NCBI GenBank assembly: GCA_951406725.2
Contig: OX597822.1
Coordinates: forward strand, 77,004,001-77,068,000
Direction: 5' to 3'
DNA: 64,000 nt
From: Octopus vulgaris
Taxonomy: Eukaryota
Shown: piece by piece, positions 1 to 15,203 of the stretch
Numbering within the stretch: position 1 is the first letter of the stretch
Layout: every line of letters starts with the position of its first letter
Notes under the pieces: generated by a model
What the model saw: only the letters and a program-made list of their open reading frames with translations
Databases searched by the model: none
Told to the model about the DNA's origin: nothing
Made by a program: the position numbers and the translations under genes

Positions 1-118
1 ATAAGCCAACACTGATTTTCTTTTTTATGTTTAGTAGCATTGATGATGTTATATCCAGGCAAAATTTCTTTCCACTCTCTACATTCAAAGTTCAAATCCA
101 CCCAAGGTCAACTTCATC

Positions 119-769
119 AGCATACCTACACAAATGTGTCCCTCCCCCGCCACTGACTTTGTTTCCTCATAATTTCCAGAAAAAGATTTTTTAAATAAAA
201 TTTTCTACAAATATGCTTCAGATGGTGTACAATCCAATTATATCAGAATTTGAGATGAAAAATGTTTTCCGAGCGAGGAATTTCTGAAAATTTACACAAG
301 TTACTTTTGTTTCTTCATAACTTCCAGAAAAATTCATGAATTTTTATGAAATTTGCAAAAAATATTTTTCAGAGTGTGTAGATTGCGATTATAATGGAAT
401 TTAATATAAAAAATAGAAATCGGTGAGCTCAAAAAAACTGAAATTGCAAAAAAAATCGTGGTGCGTGTCAGTATGTATGTGTATGAATCCACCAATTTCA
501 AATTAAATTTTGATATAATTGTAATTTAGACACTCTGAAAGCGTATTTGGAGAAAATTTCATTAGAAAATACTTACGAGGAAATAAAGCCGATTTGTGTG
601 AATTTTCTGAAACTTCTCACCCACCATCGGAAAAACGGAAATAAATGTTCCCCTAGGTTCCTATATAATCGTAATTTGCAATCATATAATCATAATAGAA
701 ATACTGATTTTTCTGAAAGGCATGAGGAAACAAAGTCGGGAGGCGGATGCACTTTTGTGTAGGTATGCC
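119..769. mobile_element. MITE (GG-terminal TIR, degenerate 8-bp TSD, Merlin-like) inserted in a SINE
   Basis: TIRs GCATACCTACACAAA / TTTGTGTAGGTATGC; flanks ACTTCATC and ACTTCGCC; related fragment at ~20085-20335. Confidence 0.7.
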
Positions 770-1032
770 ACTTCGCCTTTCATTCTTTTGTGGTCAAAAA
801 CATAAAGTAGAAGTACCAGGGTAAATACAATTGACTAATGCCCTCCCTGACCCAAATCTAAAGCCTTGTCACCTTTACAGAAACAACTGTGGCTGTTTAT
901 TTATTTATTTATCTCGCCAATTAAGACTGCAGTCAGGTTTTATCTGTAGACTTACAAAAAGAATTCACTAGATTTATCTCCCTTTTCAAGCAGAAAACCA
1001 TTCATAAACCACTTGGATAATAATTAAGTATT

Positions 1033-1528
1033 ATGAAAGCTTTTCCGTCGTTCTCATTTTTAAAACACCATCAAATCAATCGATGCATTTTACAATTTCA
1101 AACGAATCACGAATTTCTATCTGTCAGTCGCCAGCATTTACTTTCTAAACGATCGGTTAACACTACCTCTAGTTTTAAAAATAATATAACATGCCAACAG
1201 CCAGATGCCGATGTAACGAGCAGAGGATCAAAGTCCCGAGTATTTCCACGCCTTCAAAACGTTACTATAGATCGTAGCCAGGATGTCTTCCAGAAGAACC
1301 GAAAACAGGCGGAACGTTTGGCCAGCGAATATAAACATTTGCTCAACGAGTCTCTGGCTGGTGGTGGAAGCCGCTCTGTCGAGAGACACACCAAATTTCA
1401 CAGGAAACTTTTGGCCAGAGAAAGAGTTAAACAAGTCCTCGATGACGATTCCTCCTTCTTTGAATTATTGCAGATAGCTGGGATGGGAATGGAATATGGA
1501 AGTATACCCCAAGCTGGAATTTTATCAG
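1033..1528 (+). CDS. MCCC2L: MCCC2-like coding exon 1
   Basis: ATG at 1033, MKAFPSF...RKLLARERV...PQAGILS, donor G|GTGAAA at 1529. Pyrimidine tract plus AG at ~981-993 suggests an upstream UTR exon. Confidence 0.88.
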
Positions 1529-4500
1529 GTGAAATAAACCGAATTTCTTCTTTTTGTTTTATATTTTCGTAAATGTGCAAGGACGTGTGTCATCTTTGTT
1601 ACTCTGTGTAGGTCAATTCTGGTTAAGCAGACATGTGATCAACGATCGGTGTTTTGGAATAGCTACATGACCATTGTAATGATTTTTTCCAGATGTAATT
1701 ATGTCGAGAATTACACGCATCAGTGTCCAGTGTCCATTCTATTTAAAAGGGCAGAATGAGATTTAAGCGAGATTTGACTGCTATTTCTAGCACATCAAGC
1801 AACAGTGAGGAGGTTCCCCCGTAGACTTTCTTGCTGCATGTTATTGCTATTTAAGCTCTATGTTAGTCTTTGTCAAATAGACTTACGGTCACATGCATCA
1901 TTGCTTTCGATCAGCAAGTTCACTCAGCAATTACGACCCTGCAGTGCAGCACCTTCAACAAGTACCATAATTGCTTTGTAAATAGAATTTGGTAGTCGGA
2001 AACTGCAGTACAAACCTGCACATACACACTCCGACATATACACATACATACCAATATATACACACCTTTTGTACATGTATGGCATGGATGTAATGTTCAC
2101 GGGAAAATGTAAATATTGGCGAGGAAATTGGGAAAAAATGGTGTTAGCCGACAAAAGTACCCTCTATGTATTTGTTCCAGGTCGTACAGACTGTCAGGTA
2201 GTGTTCCAGTTATTGACCGTCGGAAATCTAACCTAAGACATGGCTTTTGAAACAATTGGCAATTTTTTAAAAAGGGCGTTCTGGTTATGTCCATCCTGTC
2301 ATATGTAATTATTTCTCATTTGTACTTTAAGATGATAGGTTATGCTTGCTATTTTTAGCAGGTCGATCAGCTACATAGAGGCCTGTTTGTTTGCTTGGTC
2401 TGTTTCGTCTGGTCAACGCTCACTGAAAAGACCTACAATTATAGATATTTCGATTATTGCTCTGTCCATTATCCCAGTTTCTGTCCCACACAAGACAACT
2501 GGCTTAATATAATAATTTTGTTGTCTCAGTTTTAACAATAAACGATGTTTGTTTTAAATGGCTACAATGATTCTTTTACAATATAATTGTTTCATTTTTT
2601 AAGAGGCTGTTAAATAGATACACCAGCTAAAAACATGCTACCATTTATCAACACGTTTGGATCCATTATCAAAATGATGGACCGGGATTACTAGTGTGAT
2701 ATAGACTTCGGCTGGGCACTGTCATAGGCAGTGCCAATGTGGTAACTTCTTAAATTTGGGAACATTACAGTCTCGTGTCCTAAGGACTTGTCGGGCCGGT
2801 TACCAGCTTTCCATGACGTATAAGTGACCAAAATCACTACATTTAAACTGAACATATGCAGCTGAGTGGAGGGACTGAAGCAACATGAAGCATTTGGATC
2901 TAGAACACAACGCACCGCCCGGTCTGAGAATCGAAACCCCAATCTTCCGATGGTGTGTGCAACACCCTAATGACTAGGTCACGCGTATTTTCGTGGTAAT
3001 TCGACCCATTACAAATAACAATTCAAACGAACGGTTCGATAAATTCACTTGCTATGCAGGTACAACTCTGATATTAATAATTTCATTTAAGGTTGCAAGC
3101 TAGCAGAATCTTTACCACGTTGTGCAATATGTTAGGTAGCGTTTTGTCCGCTTTCACGTTTTGAGTTCAAATTCCAACGAGGTCGACTTTGTCTTTCATC
3201 CCTTCGGGGTCGATAAAATAAGTGCCAGTTGAGCACTTGGGGCGATGTAATCGACTTGTCGCCTCCCACGAAATTGCTGGCCTTGTGCCAAAATTTGAAA
3301 TCAATATTATAATTTCATTCTTTGTAAAAAGTAACAGCTTAGACTTTCAGCTTGACGTAACATTTAATGTTATAAGTATTAATTTCAAACAAAAACGAAG
3401 AAAGTACACACGAGTACTTTTAATTCTTCAAAGCAATTTATAATTATTATGTCATCGCTTTCGTAAACTTCATCGGTTATTGACCGATTTCCTGTACAGC
3501 GTGTAAGGGAGATAATTGGATTGGTCTGACCCGGTTTGTGTGCAGAACATATGCCGCGCGTGTGTGTATATTCTTTTATTTCTTTCAAGCATTTGACTGC
3601 GGCCATGCTGGAGTAATGCATTTTAGTCAAACAAATTTATCCAAGGACTTATTCTTTGTAAGCTTGTATACACACTAACATCGGTCGTCAAACGACGGCG
3701 TCGTGGGGACAAACACAGACACACACACACACACACATAAATATATACATGAATATAACGACAGGCTTCTTTCAGTTTCCGTCTACAAGGTGTTAATTGG
3801 CCCGAGGCTATAGAAGACATTTGCCCAAGGGGCCACGCAGTGGGACTGAACCCAGGACAATGTGGTTGGGAAGGAAGCTTCTTACCACACTCCCACACCT
3901 CATTTGTATGTATTCTAATATTTCGTTTAGTTATAGCGATACTAATAACTTGGTGTTAAAACTCAATACACAAATGCTTCGGAACAAAGCGTCTGTTTTG
4001 TACAGAGCAGGAATAAGAAATTAAATAAATGACAGAGGGACAAGAAATTATGAAATTAACTCCATTAGCTGGTACAGTTCTATATTTAAGAGATGAGGAA
4101 TTATGTACATTATTTACGTTTGACGGATATTTGTCCTCATCTTGTTTGTTGTTAATACACCGTTTCAGCTGATATATCCTTCAGCCTTCATCAGGTGTCT
4201 TGGAGAAATTTCGAACCTGAGTTCTCATTCCTAAGCTATTTTTCGATATTATTATTATTATTCAGGTCACTGCCTGGAATCGAACTTGGAATCTTGGGGT
4301 TAGTAGCATGTGCTCTTAACCACTATGCCCACAGGCATATGGTGTAGTGGTTAAGAGCACGGGCTACTAACCCCAAGATTCCGAGTTCGATTCCAGACAG
4401 CAACCTTAATAATAATAATAATAGTAAATGCCCTGATGCAGTACCAAGCAGGGCTCTCGTGGCTTCTGATCTTAACTGATTGGAAGCGTTATCATGTACA

Positions 4501-5772
4501 TTGTTTTGTCTTGGTATAAAAGATGGGCTACAGCAAATATTCTGCTCAATACCACAGATTTGCTTGTCAGTTGTATGACATTAACCAGTCGAGCATGTCC
4601 CTTAGTGGCTGACGATATATGCATCTTTGATCATGAGCAGAAGTATTGAAGAGCATCATAGCCATGTGTTGAGAGGGATTCTTTGGGGTTTTAATAATTC
4701 ACCTCTGGAAACATAGGTGTTTCGTTCAACATCCTTAAACAACCCTTATTCAAGCACTTTTTGAGAGGAATCGGTTGCTCGACCAGAGGAAAATTCTAAC
4801 TGGGCCCCACCTGCAAAGTCATGCACTGTTTATCTTGATATGAGATCACCATGTCGTGCACATATGGTTGTGATGCATGTGCCTAGTGTACCCTTATCAG
4901 GCAGGTAGTCATGATGGGTATACTGGGCTTCGTATATTTTACCCCAGTGTCACTTTGATGGCATGCACTGCTCTCTCACTCAATAATAATAATTATAATA
5001 ATAATATCAAAAAATACCTTAGGAATGAGAACCCAGATCCGAAATTTCCCCCAAGACACCTGATGAAGGGTATATTAGCCGAAACTTTGTATTAACAACA
5101 AACAAGATGAGGACAAATATCCGTCAAATGCAAATAATATAAATAAAGCTTACAGCTGTTTCTGCTCTAAGGTAATGCACTAACATTTAGCTCTGAGTGC
5201 AATGCACCTTATAATAGAAACAGCTGTAAAGTTATGAAGTTCATTGCATGATTTCCTCTTTCTTTGTCATTTGTTCAATCTTGTGTTGTCATCATCATCA
5301 TCATCATTTAACGTCTGTATTCTATACTGGCATTTGTTGGACGATTTGATGGGTGCTGGCAAGCCAGAGAGAGAACTGTACCAGACTAATTGTCTGTTTT
5401 GTCATGGTTCCTATGGCTGGATGCCTTTCTGCAATTTTCGTGTGTCAAATTCACTCACCAGGTATTGGTCAGTGCATGGTTATAACAGAAGATGCCATGC
5501 AGTGGGACTGAACCCAGAACCATGTGGTTACAAAGCGAACTTCTTTACCACACTGCTATGACTTGCTTGGTATTATTTGTTTCAGTCATTTCACTGCAGC
5601 CATACTGGGGCACCACCTTTTTAGTCAAACAAATCGTCCTCAGGACTTATTCTTTGTAAGCCTAGTACTTATTCTATCGGTCTCTATTGCCGAACTGCTA
5701 AGTTACGAGGACGTAAATACACCAATATCGGTTGTCAAGCGATGGTAGGGGACAAACACAGACACACACACG

Positions 5773-5845
<73 letters not shown>

Positions 5846-7519
5846 GACGGGCTTCTTTCAGTTTCCGTCTACCAAATCCACTCACAAGGCTTTGGTCAGC
5901 CCGGGGCTATAGTAGACGACACTTGCCCAAGGTCCCACGCAGTGGGATTGTGATAAATTATGAAATATAAAAAAATCTTTTAAATCACTTCACTGAGGAT
6001 GTTTTCTTTTTGTTTTTTCCTTAAGATTTTGTTATTTTATTGTATTTAGTTTAAGACTTGCCATTTCTATTTCGGTGGTGTCTTCAACTCACCAACCTAG
6101 CGGTGAACCCCTCTGGTTGTTGGACCTGCTAGAAATAACAACCTAGATCTCCTTTAAAGCTCACATTACCACCACAGAAAGAAAGAACACACTGGATAAT
6201 GTATTCTTAGATACATTTGAACAAATAACAATAGAATAGGCAAAGCTTGAATGTTTATTTTTCTATTGGAGAAACCTATTTATTAAAAAAAAAAAACACA
6301 TCTCACAGCCCTCATGACTTCTTTTCTCCCCTCTGTTGTTACACTAAACTTTGACGACGACAGCGATGATGATGGTGGTGGTGGTGGTAATGATGATAAC
6401 GATGATGATGATGATGATAAAGTGGATCGTCTTTAATTTCAGGCATTGGTCGTGTCCATGGCATTGAATGTTTAGTGTTGGCCAACGATGCCACAGTCAA
6501 AGGCGGCAGCATATTCCCTATAAGCGTGAAGAAACAGCTGAGACTGCAGGAAATTGCCTTGCAGAATCGTCTCCCTTGCATCTATCTGGTTGATTCTGGC
6601 GGTGCTTTTCTACCACTGCAGGTGAGTGGCCGAATAACTTCTAAAATCCGATGAACTTAAATGATGGGAAGACAATCTAATTAAGCAATTTGGGTCAAGA
6701 TGGAAAAGAACGGTGCAATCAAGACAGAATTGGAAGCGCATCGTGATCAGAGGTATATTACAGCATCTGATGGTCCAGTCATTGACCACTGGTCAATACT
6801 GTGATATTGTTTAAATAATAATCGAATTGTTTGAATGCAGTTTGTTTGGGTTTTTTTTCTTATTTGTCATTATTATGTTTGTTTCTATTTTTAACTAGCT
6901 GATTCCGTGCTGTCAAAAACAGATAATTGAAGTAGTTTATATATAAAAAGGGTACAGAAAGGTGAAAAAAAAATATCAAACAGCGCTTTAACTTGGAGTG
7001 TGTGTGTGTGTGTGTGTATTTATATGCATGAGTAGCACAGTCTGTAGCTAACGCGGTTTTCTATACTTTGTCACTGCCTGCTTCCTTCCTTTCTAAGTGT
7101 GTCTGTTTATATATATACATATGTATGTATAAGGTTGAAAAGGAACACACGAGTTGATATATATAGAAAAAAAAAGTCAAGGTAGAAAATGCTAAAATAA
7201 TTTTATAAAAAACATTTCAGTACCAGTTTCAGTCATTGAGACTTTTTCAACTGTAAGTATGGAAAACAAATTTTGTAAAAATTAAAAGAAAAGTTTTTTA
7301 AAAGAATATTTGCATAGTGTTCAAATACAAGTGGCATTTTCCTTGTTTCTGCCTGTTTCTGTCTCTTGAACCCACAAGAGTAAACAAGAGAAACAGAAAT
7401 ATATGCGCATGTGTCTAATTATATTTTCTATGTATCTTCCTAAATAAACATACACAAACACATATACACTCACTCAAATATATTTTACACAAACATACAC
7501 AAACATTCACATTCCTTCC

Positions 7520-7580
<61 letters not shown>

Positions 7581-10500
7581 GTTGAAGCGCTGTTTGATTT
7601 TTGTTCCACCATTGACTTTTCACCATCCCATTTCCATCGGTGGATCACCCCTTCCTTTCTCATTCATATGTTGTGACAGAGAAATACACAAGAGTATTAT
7701 TACAGTAGATTATTATAGTAGAAGATACACGATGCTCGCTTTGCCACTTCCTCTCTCTCATTGCTATTACATTCTCTAAATTCCTCTCAGTCATGGCTAT
7801 TACTCTCACTGTTTCTTCACTGAATTACTATTTTATCTCCTCTCCCTTCATCATTCACTCCTGTGTGATTTTGGACAAATATATATACACATATATACGA
7901 ATATATAAAAACCCTATGCTCATTATTGTATTAGATGTTCAATTCTATTCTTGTTTTTCTCTTTTCTACTTGGAACATTTTTCAGTCTGAAATATTCCCT
8001 GATAAAGAACAAGGCGGTCGAGTCTTTTATAATATTGCCAACATGGCATCACAGAGTATACCTCAGGTAAATAATACATATTATATATATATATATATAT
8101 ATAGTAAATCCAAACATGAACAAAGAGAAAACACAACAACGCGAGGACGTGGAACAAGTATAATGTTATTGGATGCTCAGGAAAGGAAAGAAAGGAGGAG
8201 GATTTAATGTTTCGAGCGGAGCTCTTCGTCAGAAACATAGAAAAAGGAAAGGCCCAAGGAAGGGAAGACAGAAAGAAAATTGCCAACAATATATATATAT
8301 ATATAGGTATAAAAAGGTTAAATGTAGATTCATCCTTTAATCTGGAGGTTTCCAAAAAAGATTTCTAATGTTGATCCTTCATATTTTGCTGGTAGTTTAC
8401 AGGTGTAAGCTTGTGAAGATACGAAGGTAATACTTGTATATGATGTGTGGTGAATTTATAGAAAGAAGTCCCATAAAACTCATCAGTTTAGTTGAAAATG
8501 GAGAAGCCCAGTTGTTAAAATATATAAGAGAATTTTAATTCAGGCAGACGATCGTTATTTACAGAGATATAGAAATAATGCAGATTTATGATTGAATTGA
8601 ATTAGATTAAATTAATTAAATCTAATATATACCATTGTACACTTCAGGTCAGAAAGTATAAATTGAATTCAATGAACTTCAGAAACGATAAAGCGGAAAG
8701 ATTGAATCTAGCAGATTCATATTTTTATCCTTGTGAGAAAGAGATATTAACTATTAAGATTTCCTGAAAAAGTTTAGTCATATATCGATCATGTTCAGGT
8801 TTAGTGATGTATTACATTCTACGATCTTCAACATAACGTAACGCAAAGTACATAATTATAGACATTTATACATAGGTGCCAGAGTGACTATGTGGTAAGT
8901 AGCTTACTTACCAACCACATGGTTCCAGGTTCAGTCCCACTGCATGACACCTTGGGCAAGTGTCTTCTGCTATAGCCTTGAGCCGACCAAAAACCTTGAG
9001 AGTGGATCTGGTAGATGAAAACTGAAAGAAGCCTGTCGTTTGTGTATGTATGTATATATATATATATATATGCATATGTGAATTTATATTTATTAATTAA
9101 AATTAAGAATAAAATCTATACAGGATTTTATCTGGCAGCCAGCATGTAAAAATCAATTATGATGAAAATATAAAGTAAGTAATTTTATAAATATACGTAT
9201 GAAATTATAATAAGAGCAGTTACAAGGTAATGCTGCATGCTAAAAGATGCTCAGTCCCACTGTGGCACCTTAGGTAAGTGTCTACTATAGCTTTAAGCAG
9301 ACCAAAGCCTTTTGAACAGATTTGGCAGGCAAAAATTAAAAGAAACCTGTTGCATGCACACACATGCACATTCATATGTTTGTGTATATTTTTGTGGCTC
9401 CTTGTCTTGACATTGTATGATAATTGTAAGGTAACATTTCCTCATGACCAGACATGCTTACCCGAAGATTGGAAGAGAAGGACATTGTATGCATGACAGT
9501 GACACTTGGTTACAGTTATTGCACATCAAAAAAATTATGGTTTTGGTGCCATATAAAAAGCGCCCAGTACACTCTGTAAAGTGGTTGGCATCCAGCCATA
9601 GAAACCTGATGCAGCACCTGGCCTTGCCAGCTCCTGTCAAACCAGCCAACCCATGCCAGGATAGAAAACAGTTGTTAAATGATAATGATGTTGATGACAC
9701 AATACAAGGCAAAGAGACAGCATCACACACACACACACACACACAACAGGCTTCCTTCAGTTTCCAACTACCAAATCCTCTTACAAGGAATTTGTTGATC
9801 CAGGGCTGTTGTAGAAGACACTTGCCCAAGGTACCATGCAGTGGGAGTGAATCAGAAACCATGAGGTTGCAAAGCCAACTTCTTACCACACAGCCACACT
9901 TGATTGAAAATTACTGAATAGAAGATGGTGGTGGCGATGGGGATGTCACTTTTTTAATTTGTCATTTGTTCTTTTCCACTACTTTCAGATTTCAGTTGTG
10001 CTTGGTCATTGTACTGCGGGTGGTGCATACATGCCAACTATGTCCAACGAGGTGGTCATTGTTAAGAGAATCGGTGCTATTTTCCTTGGAGGTCCTCCTT
10101 TAGTGAAGGCAGCCCTTGGAGAAATTGTCTCTGCTGAGGAGTTAGGTGGAGCAGCTCTACATTCAAGGTAAAGGTTTTATTATGTCAGGAACATCCAAAA
10201 CATAAGAACTGATTTCTAATTTGAGATTTAATTCCTCGTTAACCCATAGACCCTGTCCAATCTTCTGGACAACTTCTCCTATATTCATGTTCCTGTAAGT
10301 TGGGAAGATAAGGAAAAGACATCAAAGGCAACATTATTATTCTTAGACACTTAAGAGTATTATTGAGAGTGACTATGAAGTTTAAATCAGTTATGCCATT
10401 GTCAGATTGCAGTCCAATGATGGGTTAACTTGCTGAAACTCTGAAGTCACTGTCAAAAATATTGCTTAAGAATTCTGAGACCCCCTTTGGTCATGACACA

Positions 10501-11169
10501 GACCATGGGATTGCACCTAGAGAGTTACCTTCACAGGCACAAGTCCAGGCAAGGTTGTTTATGGAAGACCAGCAGTCGCCCAATCATACCGGCATCACCT
10601 CTCATCATCGTCGTCATTTAACGTCTGCTTTCCATGCTGGCATGGGTTGGATGGTTTGACAGGGCTACCAAGCCAGAAGGCAGTACCAGGCTCCAATCTG
10701 ATCTGGCAAAGTTTCTACAGCTGGGCGCCTTTCCTAATGCCAACCACTCTTAGAGTGTAGTTGGTGCCTTTATATGCCACTGGCATAAGGGCCAGTCAGG
10801 CGGTACTGGTATTGACCATGCTCAAATGGTACTTTTTACGTGCCACCTGCACAGGAGCTAGTCCGGTGGTACTGGCTACAACCACGCTTGAATGGTGTTT
10901 TGACGTGCCACCAGCACAGGACCCATTTATATATATACTCTTTTGCTCGTTTCAGTCATCTGACTGCAGCCATGCTGGAGCACTACCTTTAGTCAAGTAA
11001 ATTGACCCCAGGACTTATTCTTTATAAGCTTAGTACTTATTCTATCAGTCTCTTTTGCCAAACCATTATGTTACTGGGACATAAACACACCAACATCGGT
11101 TGTCAAATGATGGTATGGGGACAACACAGACACAAATACACACACACACACACACACACATATATTTAT

Positions 11170-11205
<36 letters not shown>

Positions 11206-14200
11206 TACACACGACAGGCTTCTTTCAGTTTCCATCTACCGAATCCGCTCTCAAGGATTTGGTTAGCCCGATGCTAGAAGACACTTGTCCAAGGAGCCAA
11301 GCAGTGGAACTGAACCTGAAACCATGTGTCTGGGAAGTAAGCTTCTTACCACACAGCTAATATTAATAATGATAAGGAGAATGGAGATTTTAATAATGTT
11401 ACCAATGTTATTAATTACTCTACAGAACCTATGCAATCCTGAACAAGACACACAGAATTACCCAATGGGAGAAGTGACCAGCGCTTTACAACTCATGGTG
11501 AACTCAAGTACTACATGCAGACCATTGTGGTTAGCATCTGAAACAGATTTGAGAGAAAATATGGTACTTGCCAGGATAATATATTCTTTTAAATTCATTT
11601 TCGGAGTGGCTGTGTGATAAAAAGCTTGCTTCTGAACCACATGGTTCTGGGTTCAGTCCCACTGCATGGCACCTTGGGCAACTGTCTTCTACTATAGCCT
11701 CAGGCTGACCAAAGACTTGTGAGTGGATTTGGTAGACAGAAACTGAAAGAAGCCCATCGTATATAAATGTGTGTGTATGTTTGTCCCCACCCACCCCTCA
11801 ACATCACTTGAAAACTGATGCTGGTGTGTTTATGTCCCCGTAACTTAGCAGTTCAATAAAAGAGGCTGATAGAATAAGTACTAGACTTACAAAGAACAAG
11901 TCCTGGGGTCAATTTGTTCAACTAAAGGAGGTGCTCCAGCATGACCGCAGTCAAATGACTGAAGCAAGTAAAAGAACATATATATAGACACACACACACA
12001 ATGAGCTTTTCTACAGCTTCTTTCAACCAAATTAATTCACAAGGCTTTGGTCTGCCATGGGCCCTAGTAGACAATACTAAGTGCCATGCTGTAGGGCTAA
12101 ATACTCAATCAAGTGGATAAAAAAAGAGCTTCTTAACCACACACTCTTACCAGAATTTATATTCATAATTAACATAGATGGGTTTGCAATGTTTAACATT
12201 CTTATAGATGACCCCATTATGTTCAGTTTTATGATAGCTGACATGGTCGTCCTATTCTGAGATTATGTCTGAAATTATTGACCTTTAATATTTTGGCAGC
12301 ATGAGTGGCTGTAGTGACCATTATGCAGACACTGAAGATGAAGCATTCAGCATAACGAGGGACATTGTGGCCACCCTGAACCTGGCCCCGTGTGAAAACA
12401 CCTCCGTTTCGCCACCACCTTACTATGATCCATCAGAACTCTTAGGGTTGATACCAGAAGAGAACCAACATGCGATGGACCCTTATAAAGTAAGTCAGTC
12501 ATTGTTATTATTTAACGTCCGCTTTCAGGGCTGGCATGGGTTGGACAGTTTGGTGAGTGCTGGTAAACCAATGAACAGTGGCAGGTTCTACGGTCAGCTT
12601 TGGAACCACTGTCTATAAATCCCATGATGATTATCTTGGCACTGAATGTAAAGATACTGTATTCCTCCTCCTCATCATCATCATCACCACCATCATCTTC
12701 ATCATCATTTTACAGCTATCTACCATGCAGGCATGTGTTGGACAGCTTGATAGGATCTGATATTCTAAAAGACAACGTCATGTTTGAAGGTCTCAATTTT
12801 AGCAAAGATTGTATAGCTAGATGCATTTCATAATGCCAACCATTTTACAGAGTTTACTAGGTACCTTTATTTTATTGGCACCAGCACGGGTGAGGTCACC
12901 TTGGAATTGGCAAGACAAAAGAATCATAACAGTGGAAAAAGAAATGAGAGAGAGAGGGTGGGGTGATGATTTTAGGTGAGGTGATGAAAGGCTGAAGTAT
13001 GATAAAGGGAACAGATTTACTGTGGGGAGGATATAGTAGTGGAAGGCATAGGGTCAGGGACAGGGTGGGGTGCAGTGGTGGAGTTGTGAAAATGCTTTGA
13101 TCACTGTCCTGAAAATGTGTTTACAGCCCCTGAAGCAAATTTTGTATCTGCACTTATGGTGGAGGGAAGAGAGAGAGAGGAACAGAGTGAATAGGTGATA
13201 GGATGAGGTGTATAAGAGTGATCTAATACTATCTTTTGTTTAGGGGGTGCATATGGAATTAAGGTAAAGGAAAAGACACGTGAAAGAAATAAGTGAGGGC
13301 AAAAATGCTTCAGAGAAGCTGAAGAGGGAGGGACACTGGTTAAAAGAGGAGTTGGGTGTGTTTTGGGGAGGCAGGGGGTGAGATGAGGAAGTGTAGAGAA
13401 AGCTGGAAATTGTGTGGAGAGGACAGCATGAGAAAGATGATAGTAAATGATGATGATGATGATTATCACAACAGTGGTGGTGGTGATGATGATGCTGCAA
13501 TCTGTAGTACATATATAAAACCCTAAAAATGGATGTAAAGGAGTATCATCATCATCATGATCATCATACAAGTGAGAATTAATTTCCAGTCTTCCATGAA
13601 GACCATGTCCAGCAGTGGAAAAGTATTACTTTGTTTAGAAAGGGTCAGTGTAGATGTAATCTGGCTCAACAAATTCTGTCTGACCCATGCCAGCATTAAA
13701 AAGCAGACTTTAAATGAGAATATCCTTGCACCTGGATATTCTGCTACCTGGAACATCCCTTTCTTGTGTTCTCCCAATATTAAGTAAACCCCCACCTCTA
13801 CCACTTTAACACTTCAAGTCGCATTTTATCATTCAATCCTTCCATCTATCAAATTTAAAGGGTCTCTTGAATGAGCTTTATTAGCAAAAGCCTTACCTTA
13901 ATTAATGCAGTAATGGAGCCCTAGGTGTCTTATCACAAGGCCCCTGCCACAGCTTAGACCAAACCATATTTCATTTTTTTTTCCTATCAGATCATAGCCA
14001 GAATCACTGATGACAGCCGATTCCAAGAATTCAAAAAAAGATATGGTACTGGTCTGGTAACAGGTTTTTCACATATTAACAGGTGAGTGCTAAATAAAAA
14101 TTTCATCTACAAAAGACTTTTTAGTTCTTTTCTTTTTTGTCAAAGGAGACAAACTGAAGTAATAAGGGCCACCTCTTTGCAAAAGTAAAACTGGGCTTGC

Positions 14201-15171
14201 ATAGGGCCAACACACATACTTAGCCAAAAAGCAAAATTACAGAAGCATCAATGACAATTCAGAACCAATAAAACCTGAGAGAGGAAGGCTTTCTCTCAGA
14301 GCAACATGGGTGTCCCTCATACTGAGGGAATAACCCTGAAAAGACAGCCCAGAGTCAAGAACAGTGAAGAAGAGTCAATGATGGCCTATATTCCTTGGGG
14401 GGTGAAGGGCTTAAAAGTAAATAAAAAAAATAGTATAACTTTCAATTAAAATTTAGCTCCCATCTTGCAATATCAACAAGCTCTTTATGCCTATTTTTCT
14501 GTACATTTATTCTAAAGAATTCTATGATTTATTAGCAACTATAATTTTCCTTTCAATTGTAATTTTTTAATTCTCTTTTACAGTCATTTAGTTGGTATTA
14601 TAGCCAGCAATGGTGAATTGTCAGACACTGCTGCAACCAAAGGATGCCATTTTGTTCAGTTGTGCTGTGAAAGAGACATTCCACTTGTATTCCTGCAAAA
14701 CACTTCATCCATGACATCATCAGGACAAACACCACCCTCAGGAGAATATAGTAAGTCTCAAAAACTGTCCCACGTGTTATTCTTGTCTTTTTAAATATAG
14801 TTATGGACTGTTGTATTTAACATGTTCATGTGCATTTGGACATGGAAAGACAACATGTTGCGCAAGTGACCTTGAGAGAAGAAATTCCTTTTATAGACAG
14901 TATGGATATAAACACGTGACTAGGCCTTGAATTACATTACCAGGCCTTAGGACATGAGTTTCTGTGTCATTACGCTTCATCAGCTCTGTATATTGAACTG
15001 TCATTCATGGCTACTAAGAGCTGCTTGCTCTTATATCAAAATAGCAAATGCAATATAAAGGGTTAAATAATTTTTCAACTTGTTCATAACCATTTTGTAA
15101 GTTTTAGGTTGTTTAAAACATTTTACAAACTGTCCATAAAACAATGGCAAAGTAACTGTTATAGTTGTCAT

Positions 15172-15203
<32 letters not shown>

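Noticed and set aside
4338-4405. tRNA gene with an ACT anticodon
   Set aside because: It lacks a convincing acceptor stem and Ser-type long variable arm and forms half of a palindrome; a SINE-like head is more likely.
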